In this document: positions 1-9,027 of the stretch, in pieces | How the letters are laid out: each line of letters begins with the position of its first letter | How positions within the stretch are numbered: the first letter of the stretch is position 1 | Assembly: GCA_963693055.1 (NCBI GenBank) | Contig: OY843751.1 | Coordinates: forward strand, 1,972,914 to 2,036,913 | Direction: 5' to 3' | Length of the DNA stretch: 64,000 bases | Source of the DNA: a bacterium | Lineage (GTDB): Bacteria; Zhuqueibacterota; Zhuqueibacteria; Residuimicrobiales; Krinioviventaceae | Position numbers and translations under genes: made by a program | Notes under the pieces: model-generated | Seen by the model: the letters and a program-made list of their open reading frames with translations, nothing else | Database searches by the model: none | Told to the model about the DNA's origin: nothing

Positions 1-551
1 TCGGCGCCTGGTTCGATATGCTCATCTCGGGTGAGCTCTCGGGCGGGCACTGGGTATCGTTCAATGCTTTTCCCACCACGGCGCATACGGTTTGGGGAGT
101 CATAGCCGGACAACTATTGATGAGCGACAAATCCGACAAGCGCAAGGTGCTCACGCTCGTTGTCGCGGGTGTGGTGGCATTGATTGCTGGGTACGCTTTG
201 GATCCGGTTACACCCATCATCAAACGTATCAGCACCAGTACTTTTGTCCTTGCCTCGGGTGGATGGGCTTTGCTGGCCCTGGCTTTCTCGTACTGGATCA
301 TTGACATGCTGGGATATAAAAAATGGAGTCTGTTCTTTGCCATTGTAGGCATGAATCCGTTGTTCATCTATCTGTTCGGGCACGTGGGCGGCTCGGGTAT
401 TGTATACTCGATTGTCAAACCCTTTTCTATGGGACTGTTATCATGGATCAATCCGCTTTTTGCCGAGATCGTCACAGGCATGATCACATGGTATCTGTTA
501 TGGTACATTTGTTACTGGCTGTACAAACGGAGAATTTTTATAAAGATATAA
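1..551 (+). CDS. C-terminal part of a DUF5009/HGSNAT-like (COG4299-type) membrane acyltransferase, truncated by the window edge
   Basis: The ORF is open to the 5' edge. The polytopic sequence (...IIKRISTSTFVLASGGWALLALAFSYWIID...GMNPLFIYLF) resembles the C-terminal half of heparan-alpha-glucosaminide N-acetyltransferase-like proteins. Recognition is by eye only. Confidence 0.5.
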   Translation, partial: GAWFDMLISGELSGGHWVSFNAFPTTAHTVWGVIAGQLLMSDKSDKRKVLTLVVAGVVALIAGYALDPVTPIIKRISTSTFVLASGGWALLALAFSYWIIDMLGYKKWSLFFAIVGMNPLFIYLFGHVGGSGIVYSIVKPFSMGLLSWINPLFAEIVTGMITWYLLWYICYWLYKRRIFIKI

Positions 552-600
552 TTGGGGCACAATGTGTGATAATACATTAAAAATTTTGAAATCTATTAAA

Positions 601-630
601 AGCCGGTCTCTGGTGAGGGCGGCTTTTTGT
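601..630 (+). terminator. Putative rho-independent terminator after the acyltransferase-like gene
   Basis: A GC stem (agccg...cggct) is followed by a TTTTT run about 50 nt after the stop at 551. Confidence 0.45.
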
Positions 631-1010
631 GTTTAAATGTTTTTGTTGGTAACCTGGATATCCATTATCGGGATTATATTTTAAATAAAGATCAAGCTAT
701 TTTTCTGTATATAGTAATTTTAAGAGGCTGGTACGAAAAGAACGAAATGGGTATTGATATTGACCACCTTTTCGACTTAACCCAGATATTTTATTTATCC
801 GAGATCGTCCTTGTGCGGTTTCCCATTTATTCCGACAAACACTGTGAGGTGCCGAAACAGTTGCTACTGTTGAACCACAACCTCCATGCTGAAGAAGTAA
901 AAAAAACAGGTCTTTGGGAGGAAACGAAAGTTAAGAAAAATGCAAAATCAATACAGGTTGAGCTGTGGGTGAGGGGGATTGAGTAATAATGAATATACAT
1001 GAGGTAAATT

Positions 1011-1325
1011 ATGGCTTGGTATGAACTTTTCTTATGGGGCTTATTTGGGGGCTTTACAGTTGATGGGCTTGAAATGTGGAAAATTGTAAAGCAAAATAGA
1101 GGAAATTGGCCCAAAGAATGCTTAACATTAGGATATTTTACTGCTGAATTTATTAGATTAATATGTGGTGCTGGGCTTGCTTATGCATTTGGTGCAACAA
1201 GTCAAGTAAATGGGCCTTTAGGTGCAATTGCTATAGGTGTAACTACTCCTCTAATTGTTGAAAAATTTGCAGCAAAATTACCAATTATCCCTCAACCAAT
1301 AATTGAAGAAACTCAAGGTGAGTAA
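1011..1325 (+). CDS. Small hydrophobic membrane protein (about 3 TM segments), function unknown
   Basis: GAGGTAA sits 5 nt upstream of the ATG. The protein has hydrophobic segments ([35 protein letters not shown]). Its stop lies 1 nt before the ATG of the next gene. Confidence 0.55.
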   Translation: MAWYELFLWGLFGGFTVDGLEMWKIVKQNRGNWPKECLTLGYFTAEFIRLICGAGLAYAFGATSQVNGPLGAIAIGVTTPLIVEKFAAKLPIIPQPIIEETQGE

Positions 1326-1326
1326 A

Positions 1327-1842
1327 ATGAAATTTATTAAATTTTATAATGAATTTGTTCAGGCATTAAGTAGACAAAGTAAACCTTTTGTTATATATAA
1401 TGAAATTACTAATATAAAGAAAAATGATAAACAATATGAAAAAATGAAAATAGATAAGCTATCTTCAGAAAAGAATATTTATCATCAAATAAAAATAATT
1501 GATAATATAGCTTTTCAGATAAATTTACTTGCTTTAAATGCTGCAGTAGAAGCTGCCAGAGTCGGTGAAGCTGGTAAAGCTTTTGCCATAGTTGCGGAAA
1601 ATGTACGAGATATGTCACTAAAAAGTCAAGATGCTGCCAAACATGCTTTTAATATATTAAATGATTTTCAAAAATTAGCAATATCTAATGATGATGTTAT
1701 TAATGAAGCTTCAGAAAAGTTATCAGAACTAATGAAAAAAAGATTTGATAAATCAACTATATTACAAATGAATCAATTAAAAACAAAAGTTGAGGAGATT
1801 GCAATTAGGAGTTCTGTATTGAGTAAGCAGTTTAAGGAATAA
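1327..1842 (+). CDS. Mini methyl-accepting-chemotaxis-protein signalling-domain protein with no TM, HAMP or sensor region
   Basis: It contains the conserved MCP hairpin-tip motif [37 protein letters not shown]. The start at 1327 (M9 of track ORF 1303..1842) follows a GGTGAG SD. The region is visibly AT-rich. Confidence 0.65.
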   Translation: MKFIKFYNEFVQALSRQSKPFVIYNEITNIKKNDKQYEKMKIDKLSSEKNIYHQIKIIDNIAFQINLLALNAAVEAARVGEAGKAFAIVAENVRDMSLKSQDAAKHAFNILNDFQKLAISNDDVINEASEKLSELMKKRFDKSTILQMNQLKTKVEEIAIRSSVLSKQFKE

Positions 1843-1999
1843 TTTAAATTACTAAGTTATTTAATTCAAAAATTCAAAATCATTGTCAATTAATTGAAAA
1901 AATCTAAGGATTCTATTTTACTAAAAATGTAACAAAGAAGCATAACCCAATTATGCTGACTTGGACTTAGAGGGGATATGTAAACTGTAGGTATAACAA

Positions 2000-2707
2000 A
2001 TGGACTATGAAAATAAGATTTTTGATGAAGTTGGGTTAAGTGAAGAAAAACTAGAGTTAATTCACAAAATCCATAATTTTTTTGATATTGGTAATGTGGG
2101 TCTGGTATCATATTTTGATAAGTATAATTCTGATTACTATACATTTCTTCCTGAAATTAATGGATTTTGTCATAATATTGAATTTATTGGTCGAGGTGAT
2201 ATTGATAGTGCTAATTTTGATGATGTTTTCAACAATAATTATAGATTTTTAATTTGGATTCCAGAAAAAATAGCAAATGCCAATTTAATATCCTTTACAT
2301 TTAATTATTCCCATGAATTGCAACATTTAATCCACTCTAAAAATCAACCACAAATTCCGTTCATATCGGATTTTATTTGGTTTTCATGGAAAAAAGTTGG
2401 AGAAATTAATCCGTTACATTGGTTAATGAGGCCTGATGAGTATAATTGTGAGAAAAATGCTTTTCAAGCTTTAAATGTATTTTTTGATTATATAAGTGTT
2501 GAGAATTTCAAAATATCTGAGAATTTCTGTAATGATTATTGGATAGTATTTAAAGTTTTTGAGAAAATTTATCTGGGTGATGTTGAATATGAAATGAAAC
2601 AGATTTTAACCAATAATTATAAGGATTTCAAATCTATACAAGGTGAATTGTCTGAAGAACGTAAGCATAAGTTTGATATTGATGAATATATCGAATTACT
2701 TGGATAA
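2000..2707 (+). CDS. Hypothetical protein with an HExxH motif (possible zinc metallopeptidase-like)
   Basis: A 235-aa ORF in the AT-rich island. The only recognisable motif is YSHELQHLIH. I did not recognise a family. Confidence 0.45.
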   Translation: MDYENKIFDEVGLSEEKLELIHKIHNFFDIGNVGLVSYFDKYNSDYYTFLPEINGFCHNIEFIGRGDIDSANFDDVFNNNYRFLIWIPEKIANANLISFTFNYSHELQHLIHSKNQPQIPFISDFIWFSWKKVGEINPLHWLMRPDEYNCEKNAFQALNVFFDYISVENFKISENFCNDYWIVFKVFEKIYLGDVEYEMKQILTNNYKDFKSIQGELSEERKHKFDIDEYIELLG

Positions 2708-2955
2708 GTGGGTCGCACGACCCTAGTGTCCGGGTTTATTGAAACAAGGTTGTAAATATCCTAGAGGTAGAATCCAGGCCATGGACTTAAAATTTGTGTG
2801 AGGAATATATTTTAAATTAAAACGCAAAGTTCGCTGAGAACGCAGAGGTATTAGTGAAAATGTGATGAATTTCCTCGGCGATCTCTGAGCTCTCTGCGTT
2901 AAAAAAATGGGGCGGTGAATTAGTCGCCCGGACCTGTAATACGGGATTATAGTAT

Positions 2956-2987
2956 ATCACCTCACGGAGGTTCCATACCTCCGGGAG
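2956..2987. repeat. REP-like hairpin repeat, copy 1 (ATCACCTCaCgGAGGTtCCAtACCTCCGGGAG)
   Basis: It forms a 10/11-bp stem. The motif is shared with 6349-6383. It lies in a 430-bp non-coding, hairpin-rich stretch next to the IS. Confidence 0.5.
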
Positions 2988-3128
2988 ACTGTTGAAAACT
3001 AATATAATCTCCTTACCAATTTGTATTTGGTAAGGAGAGTTGGCTCCAAGCTGTGCTTGGTGAGAATCGAACAACACAAGTGTCGTTAATTTTTAAAAAA
3101 TTGAGAAGCAGAGCTTCGCACCAAAGTT

Positions 3129-3158
3129 CCGTCCAAAACTCTGCAGACTGTGTGAAAA
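3129..3158. repeat. Left terminal inverted repeat of the IS
   Basis: The sequence is CCGTCCAAAACTCTGCAGACTGTGTGAAAA. It matches the reverse complement of 4729-4758. Confidence 0.7.
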
Positions 3159-3215
3159 TGATCTTGAATATATGATATTAAAGTTGGATATTCAAGTTGA
3201 AAGGAGAATCCAACT

Positions 3216-4724
3216 ATGCGATATGTTCAAGGTCATAATCGAGAGCAGGAGACGATGTTTCCATCGGTAATGGATGACTATGTAACCGAAGATAATCCGG
3301 TAAGGTTTCTTGACGCTTATGTTGATACTCTTGACTTACTTAAACTCGGATTTACCCATGCAGATCCCCAGGCAATAGGCAGAAAACCTTACAATCCGGC
3401 AGATCTTTTAAAATTATACATTTATGGTTATCTCAATCGTGTTCGGTCCAGTCGTATGCTTGAAAAAGAGACAATCAAAAATTTAGAAGTAATATGGTTG
3501 CTTCGTGGATTACGACCAGACTTTAAAACTATTGCAGATTTTCGAAAGGACAATAAAGGAGCACTTAAAAAAGTACATCGGGAATTTGTCCTTTATTGTC
3601 GTGAACTCAATTTGTTTGCCCTGGAATTGATTGCCATAGACGGCAGTAAATTCGCCGCAGTCAACCACACCAGAAAAGTTTTTAGTAAAAAGAAAATTGA
3701 AAAGATGATCAAAGAGATAGATCAAAGTATAAATAATTATCTTGAAAATATTGAACAAAATGATAAAAATGAAATGGGTGCTTCCCATTCCGTGGATAAT
3801 AAAGTAAAAAAAAAGATTAAACACCTAAAAACACAAAAAAGCATCCTACAAGGTTACAAAGCTGAATTAGATGAAACAGGAGAAACGCAGATTGCCTTGA
3901 CTGATCCTGAATGCCGTATCATGCGCACGGGACATAAGGGGCAGGATGCGTGTTACAATGTTCAAAGTGCAGTTGACAGTAAACACAAATTGGTTGTTGA
4001 TTTTGATATTACAAACGAAGGAAATGATCTGCATCAACTAGATAATATGACAAACAGGGTAAAAGAGTTATTTCAAATTGAAAGTTTCAAAGCTGTTGCA
4101 GACCTTGGCTATTTTGAAAAAAACGAAATCAAAAACTGTCAAGATAATCATGTGGAATGCTACTTACCGGAAGGAAATAAATCACAGAACAGTAAAAAAG
4201 GACTATATACCATTAAAGACTTTCAATATGATGCTGAAAACGACTGTTTTATTTGTCCCGCAAAGCGACAGTTAAAGGGAACTCGAATCAGAGTACATAG
4301 CGGGAAAAATGAAAAAGATTATTGGACTGCTGCTTGCCGTAAATGCCAACAAAAGTCAAAATGCACTACGTCTAAAGATGTGCGTCATCTTTATCGTTGG
4401 GAACAAGAAGGAATCATCGATGAAATGCGTCAACGGGTCAAAGAAAATCCGGAAATTATTGCAGCCAGACGAGACATAGTAGAACATCCATTTGGAACCA
4501 TTAAATATACAATGGGACACTATTATTTTCTCTGTAAGGGGCTTGAAATGGTTAAAACGGAAATGAGTTTATCCTTTCTGGCTTACAATATGAAAAGAGT
4601 AATGAATATTATTGGTGTGAAACAATTAATAAGCATTATTAAAATGTATAAAATGAAAACTCGTGATTTTAAATGTTATTTTCCATTTTGTCCCATTAAA
4701 GTCTACAAAATGGCTGTTCTATAG
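3216..4724 (+). CDS. IS1182-family DDE transposase
   Basis: The N-terminus (MRYVQGHNREQETMFP...DNPVRFLDAYVD...GRKPYNPADLLKLYIYGYLNRVRSSRMLE) is typical of IS1182/IS5-type transposases. AGGAGAA lies upstream of the ATG. Confidence 0.85.
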   Translation: MRYVQGHNREQETMFPSVMDDYVTEDNPVRFLDAYVDTLDLLKLGFTHADPQAIGRKPYNPADLLKLYIYGYLNRVRSSRMLEKETIKNLEVIWLLRGLRPDFKTIADFRKDNKGALKKVHREFVLYCRELNLFALELIAIDGSKFAAVNHTRKVFSKKKIEKMIKEIDQSINNYLENIEQNDKNEMGASHSVDNKVKKKIKHLKTQKSILQGYKAELDETGETQIALTDPECRIMRTGHKGQDACYNVQSAVDSKHKLVVDFDITNEGNDLHQLDNMTNRVKELFQIESFKAVADLGYFEKNEIKNCQDNHVECYLPEGNKSQNSKKGLYTIKDFQYDAENDCFICPAKRQLKGTRIRVHSGKNEKDYWTAACRKCQQKSKCTTSKDVRHLYRWEQEGIIDEMRQRVKENPEIIAARRDIVEHPFGTIKYTMGHYYFLCKGLEMVKTEMSLSFLAYNMKRVMNIIGVKQLISIIKMYKMKTRDFKCYFPFCPIKVYKMAVL

Positions 4725-4728
4725 TTTG

Positions 4729-4758
4729 TTTTCACACAGTCTGTCCAATTTGGGACGG
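4729..4758. repeat. Right terminal inverted repeat of the IS
   Basis: The reverse complement reads CCGTCCCAAATTGGACAGACTGTGTGAAAA. Confidence 0.7.
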
Positions 4759-4837
4759 AGAATTGATGGTTTTTTTAAGTTATGGCATATTTCAATAATA
4801 AACGGGGGTGCAATATAGTCACATATCCATTTGAAAA

Positions 4838-6340
4838 CTATTTTTTATCACTTGGAGCGTCATCACCGCCATCGTAAATTTCCGGGACTATTTCCTGTTC
4901 TCCGGATTTTATTTCACGAGGGAGTTTATAAACCTTGCCATCTTTATTGCAGAAATAAATGTTGGACTCTGAAACCTTTCTGCAATTTCCATCAGCCCAT
5001 AATCCATAAAAATCACTATGAAAATTCACAGGTCGCCGGACGTATGTGTGATTCATGGGACTGTTATAGGTCAACTGTTTTTCTTTTTCCCAACTCTTGC
5101 CGGCGTCATTGCTAATCCACACAGCTATTTCTCCACCCGGATTATAACGCTGCGGGCCCGGTTCAGTGGGTGCAATAAGCTTCCATTGCTTGTCCGATGT
5201 AATGTACAACGACCCCATATCATAATTATTGTCAGAGGTTGAAACACTATGGTCAACCCATTTTTTGCCGTTATAATGCAAAATTTCCCACGTTCTTGGA
5301 TCGTTTTTAGGACCGGATTCATATCCCTTGCTGCTGATTACCAGGATCACAGGATTTCCCTTTTTATCAAAAGCCAGATCCTTCAGGTAGCAATTCAGAC
5401 CTTCTTTTTTATAATCTTTTATTTTGGCATTGTTATCAATTTGAGTGAGGGGGAGTTTTATTTCTTTACCGTTACCATTAGTCCAGGTTTGTCCAAAGTC
5501 AGGTGTTTGTAAATAATATAAATTGGTGCGCCAATTCAATCCGCCCTCATCCGGGTGGTAATTGAACGCGACTGAAAAATTCCCATTGTTTTCGCCGCTT
5601 ATTTGATAGTGTCCCTTGTCAATCCTGGCAATTATTTTCCATTCACCCCATTGAACGCCATCTTTGCTTGTATTGTATCCAATAACCCGTTGATTCACAT
5701 TGTTCATATCTTTTTGGTATTTGGTAAAAAAGGCCATAAATCCTTTTTCACTTACGTACCAAACCTGGAAATAGGAGAAATTGTTTAAGGGTACTGTTTT
5801 GCCATCGACAATTTCTGTAGCATTGATCGGTTCAAATTCTGATATATCGTAAGGTTTGGTGCTTTTGGATATGTAAGAAGGACGCGATGTACCATGAGAA
5901 GTGGAAAAAATCCAGATGAATCCGTCCTTATCCATTGATATTACCGGATTGTCGTGTGCGTCTGTTGTATGTTTGTCAAGAACAATGGTGGGATTCGCTA
6001 CCGTACCGGTCTTGTGATCAAAATAAGAAACATTGTGAAATAAAGTTGAATTTTGGTCGTCACTGGCCCCAAAACAAAAAAATGTCTTTTCTGCTTTATC
6101 AGAATACACTGCAAAGGGCCGGTGTTTTGCGCAATACGTTCCCAGTCCACCACTGTATTTAAAAACATACTCGTCGTTGGATTTTTGATTTGAATACCAG
6201 ATGCCCTTGAATCCATCAGCTTTAATATTTAATCGTTTACCAGCATCATTTTCCTGCGCTGCCAGGGGGTAACAGGATAGAATGATTAATATCAAGCACG
6301 CTAATTTTTTCATGATCATTACCCTTGTTTTGCTTTTCAT
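4838..6340 (-). CDS. Secreted BNR_4-like repeat protein (putative glycan-active enzyme)
   Basis: It has a signal peptide (KKLACLILIILSCYPLAAQ) and a beta-propeller-like sequence (DKDGFIWIFSTSHGTS, SNDAGKSWEKE Asp-box). A GGGAGGTGA SD lies 9 nt upstream of the ATG at 6340. Confidence 0.5.
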   Translation of the reverse strand: MKSKTRVMIMKKLACLILIILSCYPLAAQENDAGKRLNIKADGFKGIWYSNQKSNDEYVFKYSGGLGTYCAKHRPFAVYSDKAEKTFFCFGASDDQNSTLFHNVSYFDHKTGTVANPTIVLDKHTTDAHDNPVISMDKDGFIWIFSTSHGTSRPSYISKSTKPYDISEFEPINATEIVDGKTVPLNNFSYFQVWYVSEKGFMAFFTKYQKDMNNVNQRVIGYNTSKDGVQWGEWKIIARIDKGHYQISGENNGNFSVAFNYHPDEGGLNWRTNLYYLQTPDFGQTWTNGNGKEIKLPLTQIDNNAKIKDYKKEGLNCYLKDLAFDKKGNPVILVISSKGYESGPKNDPRTWEILHYNGKKWVDHSVSTSDNNYDMGSLYITSDKQWKLIAPTEPGPQRYNPGGEIAVWISNDAGKSWEKEKQLTYNSPMNHTYVRRPVNFHSDFYGLWADGNCRKVSESNIYFCNKDGKVYKLPREIKSGEQEIVPEIYDGGDDAPSDKK

Positions 6341-6348
6341 TATGTGCC

Positions 6349-6383
6349 ATCACCTCCCAGAGGTCCCAGACCTCCGGGAGGTG
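6349..6383. repeat. REP-like hairpin repeat, copy 2 (13/14-bp stem CACCTCCCAGAGGT/ACCTCCGGGAGGTG)
   Basis: It lies between the GH36-like stop (6389) and the BNR_4-like start (6340). On the minus-strand RNA, one arm is the SD (GGGAGGTG) of the downstream gene. Confidence 0.55.
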
Positions 6384-6388
6384 CAAGA

Positions 6389-8407
6389 TTAAAGAACAAT
6401 ATATTTCAAAAACTTGAAATCCGGTTTTTGTGCAAATTCAAATTCCACATTTCCCATGTCATCCACCTTGACGGTTCGGGAGGTTTCATTGATCAAATCG
6501 GTAATCTCTATGGTTTTTCCTGACAGATAATGCAATTGGATTTTTTTTGAGGATTCCCGATTTTCTATTTCGCGAAACAAGGTAATATAACCGGATTGGG
6601 TGGTTTGGTTATGGTTCTGAAATCCCGTCCACGATACATTGTCAGGTTTTTCGCCTATGGGATATACATAACCTTTGTACATTTCGTTACGGTGTTTTTT
6701 GTACAGCGCCAGCAAGGGGCGTATTTCTTTACGGTCCTGTTCATTGTAATATTGTGTTTCCTGGAAAAAGATAGGAGAACCCATCAGGGTAATGGCTACG
6801 CAATAACGATGATTGTGTTTATTGGCGTCACTGAGATCCGGATTCACCCGATCTATATTTTGCACAGATATTTGAAACTTGTTCAGGTTGACATATTTTG
6901 CAAGCTGCCACGCATCTCTCAGTACCAGATACGGGACGTATACCACATGATCGGGTTTGACCGGTTTGCGGTTTTCCAGATAAATGTTGCCATATTCACG
7001 CCCAAAATAATATCCCATACGCGGAGGATTTTCGGTCACATCCCAGTTTATCCGAACCAGATGATGTGTATATTCTGTGAATTGATGGACTTTGGAGATC
7101 AGCTCTTCCATTTCATCATAGTTTTGGAGATTGATAAAATCCAGTTTATAATAGCTGAATCCACCCTGATCAAAATTGTATTTCAAATCCTCCAAAGGGA
7201 TTCTTTCTCCGGCTGCCCATAATCCCAATATAACATTGTTTTCTCTGGCTGTCTGCCGAATTTTGCCCCAACCATTGGGGTACCGTTCTTTAACCGTATT
7301 CCAACTATCATAATCACTACCCTGCCAGCCATCATCAACCTGCTGAACATCAATACCCAAATCCGCCTGGCTTTTAATTTCCTTGATTACATTTTCCTCG
7401 GCTGCCCGGCTTTGTGCAGTTTGTTTGTCATCCGAACTGCCCCAGGTATTTGCCAGAATATAGATATCTCGAACCGGATCAATGGGGTACCGGTCCCGGT
7501 CAAATGTTTTAAGCGCCAGTTCTCTGCCGGTATCTCCATTTTGGTATACCAGACTCCAGCTTGCCCATGCAGACCTGTATCGTTCAGATAATATGTCCTT
7601 TTCCGTCAGGCTCCAACCGGTAGAGACCAATCCCGCGTGCCCAACCGTAAAATACCCGGTATTTAATCCCTGCTGGTTCACACATTTGTGGGATTCTTTG
7701 ACAATCCCCACGCCTTCTGCGCCATCTTCCAGCCACATCAAACTGGCCCAGTCATATTTTTCAGTATCTTGTAAAGATGATTCTATCAATTCTTCTCTGA
7801 GGATCTCGGTTTCTCTCTTGTTTCTTCTCTGGGTTTCGTTATAATAGCCAATGACGTGACGATTAACGTCATTCGTTTTCACCGGGAGATATTCAACCCG
7901 GCCATTGTTGGATTCGTTTGATCCCGGTGGACTAAAATCTGATAATCCTTTAACAAAAATCTGGGTACGTATTCCGGGGGAGTTGGGGTAAACGCTGATT
8001 TCATATTTCAGTAGCAGCCTGGGAGCAGGATACTTTATTTCAACCACGACTTTGATATGGTCTGACGTATAGGGATCGAACCGTACAGGTTCAGCGGATA
8101 AGTTGACCAATTCAGCGGTTGTATGGTTATCAATTAATCCGGGGAAATTCCAGTCACAGTTATATTCAGGAGTATCTTTGACCCATTCCGTTCCGGTAAT
8201 CATGTTTTTAAAACGTGTAGTGACCAGCCCGTTACCAGTCCATTGCCAATCCCTCGAAACCTGACCGGTTTCAATATGGAGTGTATTGCCATCTGTTGTT
8301 ATATATGCTTGTTCAAATTGACATAATATTTTACTATCAAAAATACTCGCATAGAGGGAATGAGTAAACAGCATAACGACCAATATATAGTACCTGAATC
8401 GCATCAT
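6389..8407 (-). CDS. Alpha-galactosidase-like glycoside hydrolase (GH36/GH27 clan-like)
   Basis: Motifs include VDDGWQ, YYKLDFINL and INWDVTENP. The start at M11 of the track ORF (8407) follows an AAAGGA SD. The N-terminus is signal-peptide-like. Confidence 0.55.
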   Translation of the reverse strand: MMRFRYYILVVMLFTHSLYASIFDSKILCQFEQAYITTDGNTLHIETGQVSRDWQWTGNGLVTTRFKNMITGTEWVKDTPEYNCDWNFPGLIDNHTTAELVNLSAEPVRFDPYTSDHIKVVVEIKYPAPRLLLKYEISVYPNSPGIRTQIFVKGLSDFSPPGSNESNNGRVEYLPVKTNDVNRHVIGYYNETQRRNKRETEILREELIESSLQDTEKYDWASLMWLEDGAEGVGIVKESHKCVNQQGLNTGYFTVGHAGLVSTGWSLTEKDILSERYRSAWASWSLVYQNGDTGRELALKTFDRDRYPIDPVRDIYILANTWGSSDDKQTAQSRAAEENVIKEIKSQADLGIDVQQVDDGWQGSDYDSWNTVKERYPNGWGKIRQTARENNVILGLWAAGERIPLEDLKYNFDQGGFSYYKLDFINLQNYDEMEELISKVHQFTEYTHHLVRINWDVTENPPRMGYYFGREYGNIYLENRKPVKPDHVVYVPYLVLRDAWQLAKYVNLNKFQISVQNIDRVNPDLSDANKHNHRYCVAITLMGSPIFFQETQYYNEQDRKEIRPLLALYKKHRNEMYKGYVYPIGEKPDNVSWTGFQNHNQTTQSGYITLFREIENRESSKKIQLHYLSGKTIEITDLINETSRTVKVDDMGNVEFEFAQKPDFKFLKYIVL

Positions 8408-8574
8408 TGTTCCTTTCTTACTGGAATTGTGAATCAATCGTGCTATGTGTGATTTAAAAGATAAGCGTTGGCAGTTGGAATTCCAATGAATTTTTCGGAT
8501 ATGCGTTCCAAGTATCTATCTTTTAATCAAGAGTGGGGGGTGAGAGGGGAATTGATTTTAAATCTGATATATAA

Positions 8575-9027
8575 TTATGAAAATTGGTCAATTAACTTCA
8601 AGAGATCTTTTTTATATCCTTCAAACTCTACAATTTCTATCATTTCTAATTTTATAGTGTTCAAAGCAGCTAGTGTAAGGGATGATTGTTCACCAGTGAA
8701 TCCGTAATATTGATTTTCAGGGGCAAGTAAAAGATGCCTAATAAAATCGAGTACGAACGGCTCTCCGTCACTGTTGTGCATATTATTCAGTGCCATTTCA
8801 ATCAATCGTGGCATCAGGTATCCCAATGCTTCAGGTAGAAGGTAGGGCAGAGGGCTCCAACCTGCATGACCAACCTGCTCGGGACCTATTTCATGTAATT
8901 CACAGGATTGTAGCATTTGCTCATAATCTTTACATTCGAGACTGTTTTGGGTATCTACAAAATGGAGCGGGTGATTAAATGTATTGAAAACCTTGTATGC
9001 TTTTGCTATAATTTCTTCTTTTGTCAT
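8575..9027 (-). CDS. Hypothetical cytoplasmic protein
   Basis: A 150-aa ORF with no signal peptide. Its start overlaps the stop of the upstream sialidase-like gene by 4 nt (9024-9027). Confidence 0.5.
   Translation of the reverse strand: MTKEEIIAKAYKVFNTFNHPLHFVDTQNSLECKDYEQMLQSCELHEIGPEQVGHAGWSPLPYLLPEALGYLMPRLIEMALNNMHNSDGEPFVLDFIRHLLLAPENQYYGFTGEQSSLTLAALNTIKLEMIEIVEFEGYKKDLLKLIDQFS

Larger units (their letters stand above)
3129..4758 (+). mobile_element. IS1182-family (IS5-like) insertion sequence, apparently intact
   Basis: A single transposase ORF is bounded by 30-bp imperfect terminal inverted repeats (25/30 identical, both ending CAGACTGTGTGAAAA). Total length is about 1.63 kb. Confidence 0.8.

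Noticed and set aside
627-986. A 119-aa ORF upstream of the small membrane protein gene.
   Set aside because: It has no convincing RBS at either candidate start and no recognisable motif. It overlaps a similar-sized antisense ORF in very AT-rich DNA. I cannot support it as a gene, although a short version starting at 747 cannot be excluded.
2817-3077. An 86-aa minus-strand ORF in the non-coding stretch left of the IS.
   Set aside because: It spans several hairpin and repeat elements, lacks an RBS, and shows no family resemblance. It is more likely a chance ORF in a repeat-rich scar.
3040-3085. A tRNA-like 3' end on the minus strand (tggtgagaatcgaaca resembles the reverse complement of a T-arm and acceptor).
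   Set aside because: The T-stem halves are not complementary, and no cloverleaf or anticodon arm can be drawn. At most it is a degenerate fragment.
6596-7222. Long antisense ORFs opposite well-supported genes. Others are 13525..14010, 19439..20008, 39915..40508 and 12100..12522.
   Set aside because: Each lies fully inside a longer ORF on the other strand that has clear family motifs. The antisense translations are low-complexity and have no start signals.
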